From Kudoa neothunni (taxonomy: Eukaryota; Animalia; Cnidaria), in NCBI GenBank assembly GCA_964304625.1, contig OZ199840.1:6002784-6066783 (forward strand): a DNA stretch of 64,000 nt, read 5' to 3'. The notes beneath the pieces were generated by a model, which saw nothing but the letters and a program-made list of their open reading frames with translations, was not told where the DNA came from and did no database searches. The position numbers and the translations under genes were made by a program. Every line of letters starts with the position of its first letter. Position 1 is the stretch's first letter. Shown in pieces: positions 12,908-28,700 of this stretch.

Positions 12908-14835
12908 ATGTCACTTGATTCAAACTTTGTGAGGAAATTTGTCGAACAGAACAACGGCAACCAAGTTAAATCCCAGTATAAAATTGACAATGATCATGCT
13001 TACAACTACATCAAAACCACATTCGAACGACTCAATGTATCGACTACACATCCGCAAAACGATAATCACTCTTTATTAGCTATTTGTCAGACAGAGTGCG
13101 TTTCAGAGTCGAATCCGTTGCTAACCAACATAATATTTATTCGAATTTTAACCAGGAACAAAGCGTTTATTGAAAAATATTTCACCTCCCAAATAGAAAA
13201 AGATGAGATCAGTTTGTTTGGGCTTTTATTACATCAATATCGACTTCTTATTCTAAACAACTCGCCCAAAAATAATTATATATGTGAAATTGCAAAAATA
13301 ATTTCCAACACTATAATTCAAACCAAGAATTTTCCTCTCGTCACCCATTATCAAACTGTAATGTCTCAAATTCAGCCGTTATTTTTGCCGGTTCTAAAAT
13401 GGCTTCAGTATGAGTGTAAATTTGATGTCAAAACCACCGACTGCATATATCATCATTTTCGATGGTTTTTTCTCGTCTGTAGCCACAATCCATCAGCAAA
13501 AGTTACATTTCTAGCCAATAGTGATTATTTTCCTTTCTGGTATAAACGATTGTATGATTTTCTCCAAACATACACCAACATGTGCTCATTAACATCTTCA
13601 CCTTCACGATCACTTGAAGCTGCTAGCTTCAAAGGCAACATTTTTGAAGATAACGTAAATAATAAAACTTCAAATATTACTCAAGAACAAATTGAATTCT
13701 TTTCAAAAGTATTGTTCCCTTGTGCCAACACCTTATTCAACATAACACACTCTCTTTCTGATCACCCTTATGATATGATGCCAACTTCCGGACAACTATC
13801 TCTTATTTTTTACAAATATTTAACCATAATAAGTGAAATATATGAAAATTTGAGTGTCACCAACCACACTGTATTATTTGAAGGTGTAGTAGTGTTGCTG
13901 TGTAATTTGATGAGTTGTTTATCATGTGTTGGTGGGGTATTCGATGTGTTTTCAACGGAGGTAACCAACCTCCTTATTTCCAAGCTGAATATTTCGTCCC
14001 CTTCACTTCCTCGCAAAATCCTATACATAAGTGGATTCCCAGACACCTTTGATAGATATAATGTTTCAAAGGTGATATTCTTGATGGAAATCTTGCAAAG
14101 CCTTGTGATTTGTGTGTTAAATTCATTTGGACAATCATCTTCCACTAACACTCAAATACCCCATCCTACATTCCATACCCTCACAGGAGATAGAAATGGC
14201 GATCTTATCAAATTTCTAGTTGGAATGATTGCTCTGTGTAAATACAGCAACAGGTTCAGACGTTATGTGAGATTTCAAATAATACCTCCGTTGAAAGAAA
14301 CAAATGTTCGAATTAGACCCGAACAAGAGCAATCACTTCGGGGCTATTTCGCGTGCCTGCTCACCACCACCGATGTCAACCTAAATGTGAGTGATTTTTG
14401 TTGTTAGTCATTTTTTGAGAGTGTATTTGTCAGATGGTAGTTGGCGAGTTTCTCTACGTACTTTGCCGTCATGATGCCAATCGTCTTGTGAAATATGTTG
14501 GTATGGGCAATGCAATGGGATATTTGCATCATCGAGGACTGTTGGCTGTTAACGCACGAACTGGTAGTACCTCTAATGACACTTTATCATCCGACTACTC
14601 TGAAATTGAAGAATATGAAACTATAGCCGAACAAGTAGACCCAATAACTGGCGCGATCTCAAATCAACTTCCCACCAATCCCTTCACACACAACAACCAC
14701 CTTCACAACGAACAAGAGTTAAACTCGCTCATGAAAGATATCCAAAAACTGCAAAAGCTAGACATTATAACCACCGCCAATATCTCCGAAACTGGCAAAA
14801 TTGTAAAATCCACCTTTCCAAACCCCCAAAATTGA
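12908..14835 (+). CDS. RIC8: Ric-8/synembryn (G-alpha GEF/chaperone), 2 exons, intron 14387-14433
   Basis: C-terminal signatures IIPPL...RPEQEQSLR, GEFLYVLC...RLVKYVGMGNAMGYL..RGL, an acidic SSDYSE segment and DPITG. A 47-nt GT-AG intron joins the two ORFs in frame. Confidence 0.9.
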
Positions 14836-15633
14836 GCCACTATTACACCATTACGCTATTTTTATGTTGTGTGTATATCATTTGTGTTTTATATGCGGAT
14901 AAATAAGCTGATTTGAAAGCAGTTAACCTAGTGTTTTCCAATCTTTCTTCATTAGCACCCCATTTTTTCTTGAAAAAAAGTTCCGCGCTCCATCTTTTGC
15001 AAAAGTATTGATTTTTTAAGTTATACTGTTTATAACGTTATATAAAACTCCCTATCATATTAAAATTTGGAAGCCATTAATATATACTTCTTTTCTCATT
15101 AAAATTAAAACGTATTCGATCAGATCTCACTTAATTTATCGACGGACCATAAAAAATTAACATCTTTAGTTTTTTATTCAGTCAACAACAGCGTCGAATA
15201 AAATTTGTGGTAATCCAAGCTCCATTAGGAAAGACTTTCGTGTATTCAGGACTAATAACCGGAAAATAAATAATATGAATACAAAATTAATCAATATTAT
15301 ATTACGTTTAATCAAACAAGGGGGTATATGATTCTAAATGAGACAAGATTGATATTCAAATCATTCTGATTCTATTCGAGTGAAGGACATGTCAAATATT
15401 GTTATTATTACTTTTATAATTTTAGTAATTGTTTTTTTTTGTTTTTTTATGTTGTTAATCGTCACTTAAAAATAAGCGGTATCGAAAATCGTGATATTGA
15501 CTTCAAACTACATCATACTGTCCAATTATCCCATCATTATCCGTGTCACAACAATACTCACGATTCTCCATGCCCACCAGTATTTTTTCACGACCCACCG
15601 ATAAGACGAGGGCCCACGTTGGGAAAAGCTGAG

Positions 15634-16814
15634 TTAACCCTTCGGAGCACGCGTGGGTTCCATTGGACCCCACTTGGATTTAGTTTCGTCTAAATTCTTA
15701 ACTGGAGTCGTATTTTGCTTTAAAAATTTCGTCATTGGCGTATTTTTGTCTATTTAACTGTTTTTTGATAATATATAGATTTTGAAAAAAATTGTAACCA
15801 TGAAAATGGCAATTCAAATGTCAGACATGGAATCTTGTAGCAGCCACTTTTGCTGTGATAATTTAATTGTTTTTATAAAGCAATAAATCTAGTGCTGAAT
15901 ATTGTGAAAATAAAAATCAATATGGTTTTATCAAAAATGGTTCAACATTGGGAATTTTTAAGTCCAACGATGAGGGACTTTGTGGTAAAAATTCTGAATG
16001 GTCTGTTCACCCTGTCAAATAATTCTTTAAAAAGAGGAAACACGATATTATTACACATAAACTCAAAATCGATACTCCTGATAATGTTATTACAGAAAAT
16101 GCCACTTGACGTTTATTTTTCACGGATAAAATGTTAAACAGTGCAATTAACTCTGGAAACAGTTTACCCAAAATAATTTTAAATTATAAAATTTCGTTAT
16201 TTTGTTGAGCTCATTATATCATTGGTCAATGATAAATTTACAACATTTAAAAACTCCCAGAAATTATTTCATTCTTCAATTCTACAAGGGGGAATAGGCA
16301 CAATTGATCAACTGTTTGTTAATTATTTAACCTATCGAACAACGAAAAAATGATCAGCGGTTACGTTTCACATTTTGTTAAATATTTCGCCAATAAATAT
16401 ACATGTATTACATTGTATGAAAGTAGAAAACTCAGCCCTAAAAAGACTTATGAAATCGTTGTTTATGCAACTTAAAGAAGAATAATCCCATTCAAAATCC
16501 TAAATGCAATAGTATATCCATTTAAAGATCTTATAGAAGCAATAAATATAAATTTACTGAGATAATCTATCCTTATTTAGAAAATAAAGGCGTCATCACA
16601 GTGCTCGTCAAAATGATAGAAAAACGAGAACTACATTGCTCAACTGCTTGAATTCGTGTTGTACATAACGTTTCAACATTATATATAATAGCTGTTTTTA
16701 AAATTAAATATTTACAATAGCATGCTACAAAATAAACCAATTTACCGCCTAGAATCCAGTGGATCCCAGGCGTGCGTTCGAATCGAGTTTTTTGTGCGTG
16801 CCCCAGAGGATTAA
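15634..16814 (+). mobile_element. Internally deleted, decayed piggyBac transposon
   Basis: TTAA-CCCTTCGGAGCACGCGTGGG left end and a related inverted right end ending GAGGA-TTAA. Internal remnants PLDVYF..TDKML, GGIGTIDQLF..Y...TKK*SAVTFHILLNIS..N and a Cys-rich tail NDRKTRTT..NC match piggyBac transposase. Confidence 0.8.
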
Positions 16815-16848
16815 ATAAAATTGTAAAAAAGAAAATATCATAGTTAAA

Positions 16849-17864
<1,016 letters not shown>

Positions 17865-18071
17865 TTAAATTTAATCAACGTCACATTTCGTTAAATTTCG
17901 GCACTAAAGAATTATGCATTTTTAAGTCGTTCCATTGAGAATAATTGAATTTCCGAAACAGAACTCAATGTCTACCAATTTTTAGAAATTAAATTATCTA
18001 CTTAGATAAACTTGCGCAAAATCTATTTTCAAAAAACTCGAGGTAATACACGTGACCAGATTCAACATTTA

Positions 18072-19832
18072 ATGACTTTTGGGAGTTTTAATCAACGATT
18101 GTTGATTGTAAGTACCAAAAATCAATTTCAAAGAAAATGTAAATTAGTGCCACAGCATACAAGATGGCTTTCCAGTGCACAAACCCCCTCCATCCAAATC
18201 CAAAGTGAAAGTATTCGTTAATTTATTATCTTGATTTTAATTGATCATTCATTTTAATTCTAGATAACCTAGTATTAATAGATAACTATAGATGCATTTG
18301 TATATTAATCATTAATAAAATTAGATTGAACAAACTATTGATATGGCATTATTTCGATCAACAGTAGGCTTGAGTGTTTTAGTGGGGAGATTGAGTTTAT
18401 TTGGATTGAATTTAGTTGGTGAAACCGAGTTTTGATAATTACAATGTGGACTTTTCATTTCAGGGATTGAAAAGACTATACACTTATTTGCATGTATTTT
18501 TCTACTTAATTTGTTAGCAAACCGTCATAAATATAAATATCATATAATTTTTGTTATTTATTACATTATTTATTTAATTATTAATTAACAATTATTACTA
18601 ATATTGTAGGATACAGTAATCTATGGGGAACATTGTTTGGGATCTAGTTACGCGGAGTTTTTCGAGTTGTGCGACAGTGATGCGTTTCTCTACATGATAC
18701 CAACAACTTTGGTGTTCTCGATGTTGTGTAATGTGTATCTATCGTTTAAAAGTGCGTATTAATCAAGCTGAGTGGGGATTTTGAGATAATTCTGTGTTGA
18801 TAGACGTAGGCAATGAGCAACAACTTTTTATGAATATTACGGAGCGTAACAAATTGTCCCAACTATTGAAAATTGTTGCCAATAGTGAAAGCGAACTGAA
18901 CAGCGGAAACTTGAAATCCCAGAAAGGCGAAATTGAAGCAAAAGTCGTGGATCAACTGAGAAAGGTAACATTAGACTGGCCCATCCGTAAATAAGTTGAA
19001 TTTAAAATTCCTATTTAACTTTTAGAAAATGAAGTTTGAACGTCTGAGAATTGTCCCCTATATAACAACCTATTTGTGGATGGGATGTCTTCCTCCAAAT
19101 GTGTCACAAATATCGAACAATATGTCCAACTCAGTGTTAAACTACTTGTGGTTTGATGACCTCAACGGAACCGACCCTTTTTATATTTTGCCGTTTATCC
19201 ATTCCTCAATTTTGTTTCTTATTTTGAAGAGTTACAACCATGGGAAAGTATTTTATTATTTTACGCCGGATCGGCATCCAATTATTGCACGTTAATATTC
19301 TGCGAAATGATCTAGAGATTAAACATTGAAACCCATTTCCCCACAGCAAAACAATTTTGGGTTATTTTGCCATATTTGACGCTCTTTTTCCACACCTTTT
19401 CATGTGTAATCTATCTGAGATTGAAATTTTGTTAGAATGATGACTTCAACTCAAATTTAGGCCATGGAATTTGCTTTTATTGCCAATCTGTTGTCGAATG
19501 TCGCCGTTTCGAAAACGTTGAAATATTTAAGGTTGTCCAAAAAACAAAATCTCAAGTGTGAAAACACTTTCAATTCGGCAGGTAATAACTTTCATTGCCA
19601 TAAACGATCGATTACACAAGTTTTTTGTAAGTGGTCGGAGATTTCTTCGACAAAATGGAACGAGAACGACAAGAAGCTATTCTCAACTTTGAAGACGCGT
19701 TTATCAACCCCAAATTATTCCCCGGTAAAAAACTCAATCAAGAAAAGATTATCACCAAACTTAATAAATTCATCAAAAAGAACAAAGTTCAAACCTAGTT
19801 TTTATTTTTCATTGATACGAACAAATAATTGA
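18072..19832 (+). CDS. Oxa1/Cox18 (YidC family) mitochondrial inner-membrane insertase, multi-exon
   Basis: The N-terminus is basic and Ser/Thr-rich, like a mitochondrial presequence (TRWLSS). Family signature LWFDDLNGTDPFYILP, about five hydrophobic segments with a coiled coil after the first, and a basic C-terminal tail. The 5' exon structure is tentative. Confidence 0.65.
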
Positions 19833-19882
19833 ACCAAAATATATAAATACAAAAATTTTTGTCATTTATAAAAATATAAAAT

Positions 19883-20719
19883 TCATTTTCTACCACATAT
19901 ATACAAATCTATTCTGTCTTTAATGGCCATTTCTAAGATGGCGTAGGTGTTGGATTCGAGTTGGTCTTTGTACCTAAAATTAAATTAGTTTTTTATATTT
20001 TCAGTTGCGTCACTATGGCGTATTCCATAATAAATAAAAAAAGAGAGCAAGATTTCTATTTTCATATAAATAGGATTCAGTTAATAACGAAGAGATAATT
20101 GATTAATTAATTATTATACATAATTTAAATTCAATTTTTAAAGTATCAATAAATAGTTATCATACCGTTAATAATCAAATAAAATTTATCTTTAAAAATA
20201 GGAGGAATAATTTAGAGCCACCATACAAAGTTGGGATTCATTCGTTAAAAAATTAATTATTAAATTTTTAACACATCAATGAGTACTCATTATACGTCTA
20301 TACGTCTATGGGTAGTTATGTTTTACTGTTAAATTGACAATAAATGATCCAAAATTTCTGTAGATAATGAGGGTTTGATTGTAAAAGAAACGACAGAAAA
20401 TAGTAAGCCCATTTACATGGATAGTTAACATTACACAACTAAAACTTAAATAGGTAACTTTCATTATGCAAGTGGCTATTTGCATAGTAAATAATACCCA
20501 GGTATCAGTAATTTTTCTTATATTTAATTATTCCTGCCCCATCATCTTTCAAGGTGCGAGAATTAATTGGCTCTACTATACTAAAAACCAAATATACCGT
20601 TTGTAACCCATAAATAAGCCCCAAGGGGTCTCTAAAAATGAGCGCTTGGGAACACGGGGAAATTTTAAACCAAAATTTGTGGCGCGAAATAGCAGAAGCC
20701 TTGAAACAATTTCAAACAT
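19883..20719 (-). CDS. Small mitochondrially targeted protein, possibly complex I ESSS/NDUFB11-like
   Basis: The first exon MFEIVSRLLLFRATNFGLKFPRVPKRSFLETPWGLFMGYKR is presequence-like and ends at a GT donor. A candidate last exon reads YKDQLESNTYAILEMAIKDR. The middle exon(s) could not be resolved. Confidence 0.3.
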
Positions 20720-21849
20720 AATGATATTTTCAAATGTTAACGAAATAATAATAAAGTTGAGCATAAAAAACGCCGTTTTTAATTTCATTGTTATTGAAAA
20801 CTTGAAGACTGAGGGTCGCAAGATTTCCAACAATTATTTAAGGCGTTCGTTTATTTGATGCGATTTGGAGTTAATGAGTTTTAAACGAGCATACCTGCTC
20901 AAGTTAGGCTTACAATCGCAATACGGCACTAAACGTACATTAACACCCCTAAGAATGACTAAGTTAATTTCTCATTTCGCGAATAAAATAATAATGATGT
21001 GGGAAAGTTCTGACACAAATTTTTCAAATTTTTTATAATTATTTAACGGAAAAATTGAGCTTAAGCTATTGCAAACAACATTTCTTACAATCTATTTATA
21101 TTAATTAAATGATAATATCACAATTTTAAGCGCATATCTATTCTAGTTAATAGATGGAGAATATTTACAATAAATTTGTTGAAAAAATGATTTAAATTCA
21201 ACTTATAAAATGTGAATAATATATTAATTTGTAGTAATAAATTCACAATCGTTTATTTAAAGTTCACAAAAGGTTAAATGATTGGATTATATGGATAATA
21301 TTATCTGATTTAAGGGATTTAAACCATAGTGGATTCTAGCTCCAATAGTTTAATGGCTCTGACCCTGATATACATAGTAATTCTAATGAAAATGGAAAAT
21401 ACTATGATTAGGTAACAAAAATTTTTGTAAGTAAATATAATCGTAGGAGGTGGACACAACGTTGAAAATCTGAATACAAAAAAAGTTAAATATAAACTTG
21501 AATTAAAATAATCATTTTACATAAAACTGAAAAACTGTTGTAGATACCAATCTAGTCATACACATCCGCATAAATAGACACGAAAGGAAATTTATTTAAC
21601 TCAATTTTTAAAAAAATAAGATTTTATAAGAAATATATAACATATTTAAAAAAAAGTTATTTTTAGGCAAAAACAAATACTACGCTATTTTTCTAAATAG
21701 AAGCCTTTCTTTATGACTCTAAAGTTGATTTGACTCCTTATTTTATCAGAAAGTACAAGATTATTATATTTATAAAATGTATCACTTTTAAAGATTTTGT
21801 TTAGAATTTTACCGATTTAAATATTTTATTAAAAAGAAAAAAATTATTA

Positions 21850-24462
21850 TTAGTGGTACAAAGAAAAGTTAAAACACCGCGTGAACGAATCAATAAACCG
21901 GCAAAAGACATGGATTAAAGAGATGAACTTAATCAGGGTTAGAAAACATTTTATAAAATTAAAATTATTCCCAAGAGCAGACACAATTATTATGTATTAA
22001 CATGAATTACCTCTTGAGGCCGTTATCGAAGAGAAATAAGAGGGAATAGAATTCACACTGAACCACAACATCCAAATCATCCAAAATGGTATTTATTAAT
22101 GATTCTAAATGGTGAATAATAGTAAAATAAATAAGAATCAAAATATACGATCAAAAACGTGAGTGTTAAGATTCGACAATAGGTTGGAATAAAATCTACG
22201 TCTAATCAAAATAAAAAGAGCCTTGTTTTGAATAAGCTCTGTGAGAGATAAAGAAGTTTGTTTCAAAGATGTGTTTTTTTGCGGAGAAAGATCTTTAGGG
22301 AACTATTCGGAATAGTGAATAAACCAGTGAAAATCAAGGTACATGTCCATCTGACCTTGGTTGAAGTTGCATATGATGTAAAGAACCAACTCTAGGTTGA
22401 AAAAAGGATTGGATAAGAGAGTTCGAAGGCGGAGGAGGTTTGATGTTAAGCAAGCTGTTTTTTAAACTTAATGAAACTCCTCTCAGATCAACTACATTAA
22501 AGATAAGTCTAGAGCATATTTCTTTTGATTTCGAAAGTAGAAACGTGGTTGTTATAAAATCCAAGCTACAAAATAATTTCAACGATGACGACAACGCATC
22601 ACAAGCTCCGTGTCCGCCACGTTTAAATGTTTCAATCGGAGCATTCTTCTTACGAATCATTAACTTAATTTTATAACTTATTCGATTCAGTATGAATAAT
22701 TTATACTTTCACTGTCAGTAATGTAGGTCTCACATCTTCATGGATCATTCTTGAATACAATTCACCGCAGAGTGATTCCAGCAATTGATCCAATTGACCA
22801 GTCTACACAATTTAGATGTTAGTTTTAATCAATCTACAATCATACCTCGTTAAACCTAATGCCAAAGTTATAATTAACTGAAATGGATTTCCTTTGTGAG
22901 GTCAGTTTTTGAACGAGATTTTGATTATCGTAATCGAAAACACCCTTCGAAAACTGAACAATTTTATGGGTCAGTTTGTTGCCCACAACGCTTTCGATAC
23001 TACCAATGTCAGTAGTCGAGTGGTATTTGATATCTTTTAATGTAGTACAACCGATATTATTCAATAGATTTATGCTGTAATCATCCAAAATAGATAACTC
23101 ATTCAAGTTGAGTGTCTCTATGCATATTTCATTTTATTTGGTGCGTAAAAACACAAAGGCACTACCAATAAAATTGTTATTTTCCTGTGGATATAAAATC
23201 CGACAACCATTAGGTTTGGCTTGTTTTAAAAGGATGCGACACAGCTCCAAACTTGACGAGCATCCAACCGAACAGCTACAGTTTGTTGCTTCAAATACCA
23301 ATTTTCTCATCTGTTCCACCTTGGATTCGACAGTGCCAGCTATAATAGTAGGTCGTATTTTTGCAAGGAGCCAATATCAATTAAATACCATCAAACTCTT
23401 GAGTCAGATCAACAAGAGCTTCATCACTGCTCAATGGATGAACCAACTTGAAATTATTGCAAAGAATTTCGAAAAACTTTTCAGCAACAGCTTTGATCAA
23501 CTCAAAATTGTATGGCACACACACCAAATTAGGACACATTTCGTAAGCAGTTTTCACATACATTCCATTTTTAATGCCATATTTTCTTGCAACATAATTA
23601 CACGATGATACACTTGAGGTGGAGTTGTGGTCTGCATAGGGGCTCAAAACAAAAACATAATTAAAAAACAACTTTGTTGATTTGCATGAGTAACCACAAC
23701 TGGCTGATCATTAAGATGAGGTTTGCCTGCGATAGACACAGCCACAAAAAAACAATCCATATCAAAATGAGCGATCATTTTATGTGTGATTAATTTTTGG
23801 GGGAGGTTTCCATTCTTTTTTCTGTTATAATTATCCAAACACAGTTTTTTAAACAGAGTTTTCAGAATGGATAAATGATGAAGCCTCGATTTTCCAAAAT
23901 ATTGTTCAACATTTGTTGAAATTGGAGTTGAGTTGCCACTTTGAAACAAAGTTCTAATAGACGGAGAGGGCACATCTTTTTTAGCATTCAACAGATGAGA
24001 ACCCATTGGAATCAATTTTTTCGATTCGATACATCCCACCATCCATTCGGGCCTCAACACTGGATAATTCCGATAACTATTCAATGAAGACTTGGAAAGT
24101 GACGATGAAATCACATGAGTAAACCTTTGAAATCTACTCACACAATACTCCCCGCCATGGATCTTGATTAGGTGTTGCAGTTTAAAGGGGGGAGGATCTT
24201 GGCTCAAATTAGTTTTCATTTAAAATCCATTGGTTTACCTGTCATACCATTGATATAGAAAATCATACCATCAAACAGGCTCGAAACTCTATTAAAGCTT
24301 AATCAAACATGTCACCAAACAACAAATAACTTTTCTACAACCAATTTTTCAATTTGATTATTAAGCTTTTTATTTTTGAGGTGCAAATAATTTTCCTACA
24401 GTATATCGAGCATGATCGTAATTATAATTCATATGCAGAAATACTCTTGTATTTGGTTCCAT
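21850..24462 (-). CDS. REV1: DNA repair protein REV1 (Y-family deoxycytidyl transferase), multi-exon
   Basis: N-terminal YLHLKNKKL, BRCT domain (FDGMIFYING...IHGGEY...FTHVIS...VLRPEWMVGCI), SRLHHLS, HFDMDCFFVAVS, SSCNYVARKYGIKNGM, SSDEALVD, and QRKSISVNYNFGIRF. The 3' end is approximate. Confidence 0.92.
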
Positions 24463-25278
24463 ATGTGTACGACGAATAAATTTTTAATATATTAATATCA
24501 ATGGCAATTAGATGGCCCCTTTTTATAATTCCGAAAATCCAATTTAATCAAGTTTTTCTAAGGCTGGAACTACTCTACGATAAACCCTAATTCTCAATAA
24601 GGGTACGCCTGCGCTCTTTAAATTATGGACCTTATAAATTTGTATTTATAGGCAATAAACCAAATTAACTTTATATAATTTCTTCTATTAAAGGGATTAA
24701 AACCCAACAATATGATCCTAGAGATAAAAAAATAATTAAATAGGCATGTATTAATGCTACCTGAATATTATGTTTCTTGGGAATAGCCCCTTCCTGCTTT
24801 AATGAAAAATTAATCCGAGCTATGGAAAAAATATTTACCTTGACGTACGTAACACAATATAAAGGTTATTGTTCAATAATATAAAAAGATATAATGCTTT
24901 ATTTTTCTAGTTTGACTGATTTAAATACGATATTCTAATCATATCTTAATGATGAATTAATTTTAGTCATTTATATGATTAGCCCCCTAATTACACCTAT
25001 GTGCCACAAATACGCCAAGAGCACTTTTTATTGTTTAGAGGTAAAAATAACGATAATTTTGTCCTATTAGCTCAAAATTAAAGATTCCACAACAAACATA
25101 ACTTGTTTTTATAGAATAATATGAAAAAATTAATTTTTAAAGGACGTTGGAATAAAATAACGCGAGTATCTAGGAATTCACGTTAATCCTAAAATTAGGT
25201 AATTATTTTTGCTTAGTCTTTAGAGGAATTGTAAAAAATGCGTGAAACTAATAATTTACTGTATTAGAAAATACAATA

Positions 25279-25678
25279 CAGTGCAACCTCTGAGTTTGTA
25301 CAACTCGGAGTTCGACCAAAAGTTTTGAGTCAGAAACAATACAGTTTTACCAAAAACAGAGAAGAAAAGAAATTCTATAAGAAGAGTTGCTGAATCAAAT
25401 CGTGCGACCGCCATCCAAAGAAAATTTTTTATAATCTATTGTATGGAAACCAACAAATATTCACTCCATATTTTATTTTTATTTCTATATTTATTTGTTA
25501 TATTTTATAAACATAAGGTATGCGTGTTTGTTCGTATATAATTATAAAAAAATCATTTATTTGATGCGTGGGAAAGGATTAAATTCATTTTCTTTATTGT
25601 ACACGTGAAGAAATAATTCGGAGTTCGAACACACCCCTAGTCTAGAATGGGTAATGGTCGAACTCCGAGGTTGCACAG
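25279..25678. mobile_element. pogo/Tigger-type MITE, 400 bp, TA target duplication
   Basis: TIRs CAGTGCAACCTC..AGTT and AACTCCGAGGTTGCACAG are flanked by TA. The subterminal CTCGGAGTTCGA motif is repeated. Confidence 0.85.
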
Positions 25679-25719
25679 TATCTTGAGGGCCCACAGAATC
25701 ATAGCTTTTGTGAGAGGAT

Positions 25720-25790
25720 AGAGTAAGGGGTGTCCTCTTCAAACGAGGATGTTTAATGTGTTAAATTCCCACATTACAGCGTAAGTATAA
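25720..25790 (+). repeat. Partial copy of the SINE 3' body
   Basis: CTTCAAACGAGGATGTTTAATGTGTTAAATTCCCACATTAC matches 9340-9382 and 50322-50362 (minus strand). Confidence 0.65.
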
Positions 25791-28700
25791 GACTGAGTGT
25801 TACGTGTTATTAAGGGCCTACAGCCGGCTTGATCAGTCAGAGAATTCTACTCCAGGGATTTTATCGTTGGAATCAAGAGGATATGACCCCTATGTTACTG
25901 CAATTGTGGAGCAATTTAAAAATTATTTAAAGCCCGATTTTCTTATTTTTTAGTGTGTGCTAAAAAATTTTAATGAAAAATTAAAAACTTATTGGCACAG
26001 AAGTAAGTTTATTAAGGATCTACTCTACACAATTTTCTTTATCTTCAAAGAATTTATTGGCTATTAAATGATAATATAAGTAGTTCAAAAATGATGTTTG
26101 CAAACATGATTTTCTTAATATTATTGTAGTTAATAAATGTTCTATATAAGAAATTAACTTTAATGTTAAATCGTGGAGATTTAATTCTGCTCATTCCTAC
26201 AAGGTAATAAACGTACATAGTTCATTAATGAGGTTAGGTAACTTGGTTTAATATTTTCATCGTCCTAAGAAAAACACTCAGTGCTAAACCTCTTAATCAC
26301 AGATGCTGATATATTATTTTAGAGTAGAAAAAATTCTGATAAACAAAAATTTATTCGTAATCACTATTTACACAAACATGTTGATTAGACAAATTTTGGC
26401 AGATGTTCAAACACAAACCCTAATGAATTTCTATATTTATAGTGAATTTGCCGTCTATCTTTATATATAGAATAAAGTTACTTTGTTATGATTATAGAGT
26501 AAACCTAATTATGCTAATTCTATCTATGAAGCTTAATCTGTTCGCTGTCGTAAGAAGAACCGAGTTTTGTAAGATAATATCGTACAAATTTATTACTACA
26601 CAAAATGGGTATAAGCGTTGTATATAAAGGTGAAACATGGAAAGAGTTGATGGATATAAAGTCCTTATTTGAGAGCCAATATCGAATTGTCTTTTCCCAT
26701 CCTTGTACGGATTAATTAAGTTCGAAAGTATAAACAGAAGTACCTTTTAATTAAACCAACGCCTATCGCATCATGAACTAGATATTCTAACGAAAAAATT
26801 CCTTTAACTTTTTCAGAAGAATTTCTTGTAATTAATTCCTATAAAAATTGGGTTATTTAAGGCAGGAAACAATTGAATCAAACATTGTAGGGCACACGCG
26901 TTTTTCTAAGAATTCTCTTTAGATAGGTTCTCCCTAAATAGTTATATTGGAATGTGTATTCATAAAATAAATTCACCTTTTCTAAGTTGTTGATTGAAGT
27001 GATACATACCAGGTATGAATGTCCAAAAACTTTCGCTATCTCGTATCAGAAAAAAATTCAATGAAACTAGGTGTCTAAGCGTCGTACAAACATAAAAGAT
27101 TGTTAGGAAATTGAATAGGTACTTAATTTGAAGGTCAGATATCTTGAAAATTAATAGCTCGCTCTTGGAGTAGCTTATTTGAGGCTGGCGTTTGACCAAT
27201 TTAAGGAATGTATCTATTTCCGTTAAAACTTACTTATTCGTCCGTAATATCACACACGATTAATTCACCCAATGAACTTTTGGTATTACTCGAAACACCG
27301 TCACAAACGCTATCGATTTTCGCTACATAGTCACTCAAACGAACGTACCCAGTTCCATTCGGTCCGCTACATAATCGAATTGGTAGAATAAATTTTGTCC
27401 TAATTAACTTTTCCTTAAAATAAAATTTGTGCCTAGTTAATTAGATATGTTTAAAAATATTCATACAATATTATAATCAACAAGTTGTTTTTTATGGGAA
27501 AAGAATGAGTTAAGTTGGTGATGAAAAATTATTCGAGGTAATTGTCCTGCTTTCCATGATTGCGGATAGTCATCGTACAGGAAACTAATTTTTTTTACAA
27601 ACTCAATTCCAGGTTTAGCTTGCATCAGCAATCGATCTAACAAAAATCTAATTCTTCGGCTACCTCAATATCCTGACTACGCTCGGGCATTGAAAAATCG
27701 ACTAAAATCGGAGATGGTTCTTAAGTCAATTGTAAATTTATTTTGAGTCTAGATGACATCTCTAATTATTTTTTTTATTATTTATATAAATAATATATAT
27801 ACAGTAGACCCTGGATTATCAAATCAAAATTTTAGGTCTATATTTGAAATTTATGTATTTTTTTATAGATAAATTTCGGATTTTCCAAAACTACTTTTAG
27901 CGCGAATTTATGGGTAAAAATACATTCTATGCTGTGTATTAACCCATTATGCAGATACGTTATGTTTAATTTTAGAATGAAAGTAATGGTATTGATGTGT
28001 TATAGACTATTTCTTGGTTTTTAAGACATTATAAATATAATAAATCATGTTTCTAGTTTATGGGCTTGTTATAAATTTTAACTGCTTCTTATATTTTAAA
28101 TATTGGCGTTTCAAATGATAGGAGGATAGATGTGAACAGCACCAAACTAAAAAAGTTCTAGAATTGTCAGAGGTCGTGTGATAAATTGTTAATTTATGAA
28201 AAAAAAGAAAATAATAAGTTTAAACGTATTATTATGTTATTTTTATAAGGAAAAGAGTATCAAAATTGGATTCATTTCTATCATAGGTGTTTTAAGTGAT
28301 TCAAGAGAACAATAATCCTTAACCTGATAGGGTTCTGTGTGGTTCTGCGTGTCGTTTACGATACACAAAAAATTCGTGATATTTTTATACGTAAATTTAA
28401 TTTTGGAACAGAAATATATTGGATGTATTTAAATTAAATTCATATTTTAGATATTTTTTAACAAATAAACAATCGTACCATCCATATATCATTGGATTGT
28501 TGCGTTAGAAGTCTTTTGATCTCAGTACCACAAAATTTTATTTTATTATCTCTAATTTTTTAAATTAGTTAAATACCAGTATAATAAAAGTTTAAGTTTT
28601 GTATATAATAAAAAAATATTGAAATTAAAAATATTACAGATATATCAATCTCACATTTATTACAAAATCCACATTGAGATAAAACCACTTAGGAGGTACT

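Noticed and set aside
26030-27780. Possible decayed coding sequence (PQSWKAG, LINE RT-like)
   Set aside because: It is a single weak motif with many stops, so no family can be assigned.
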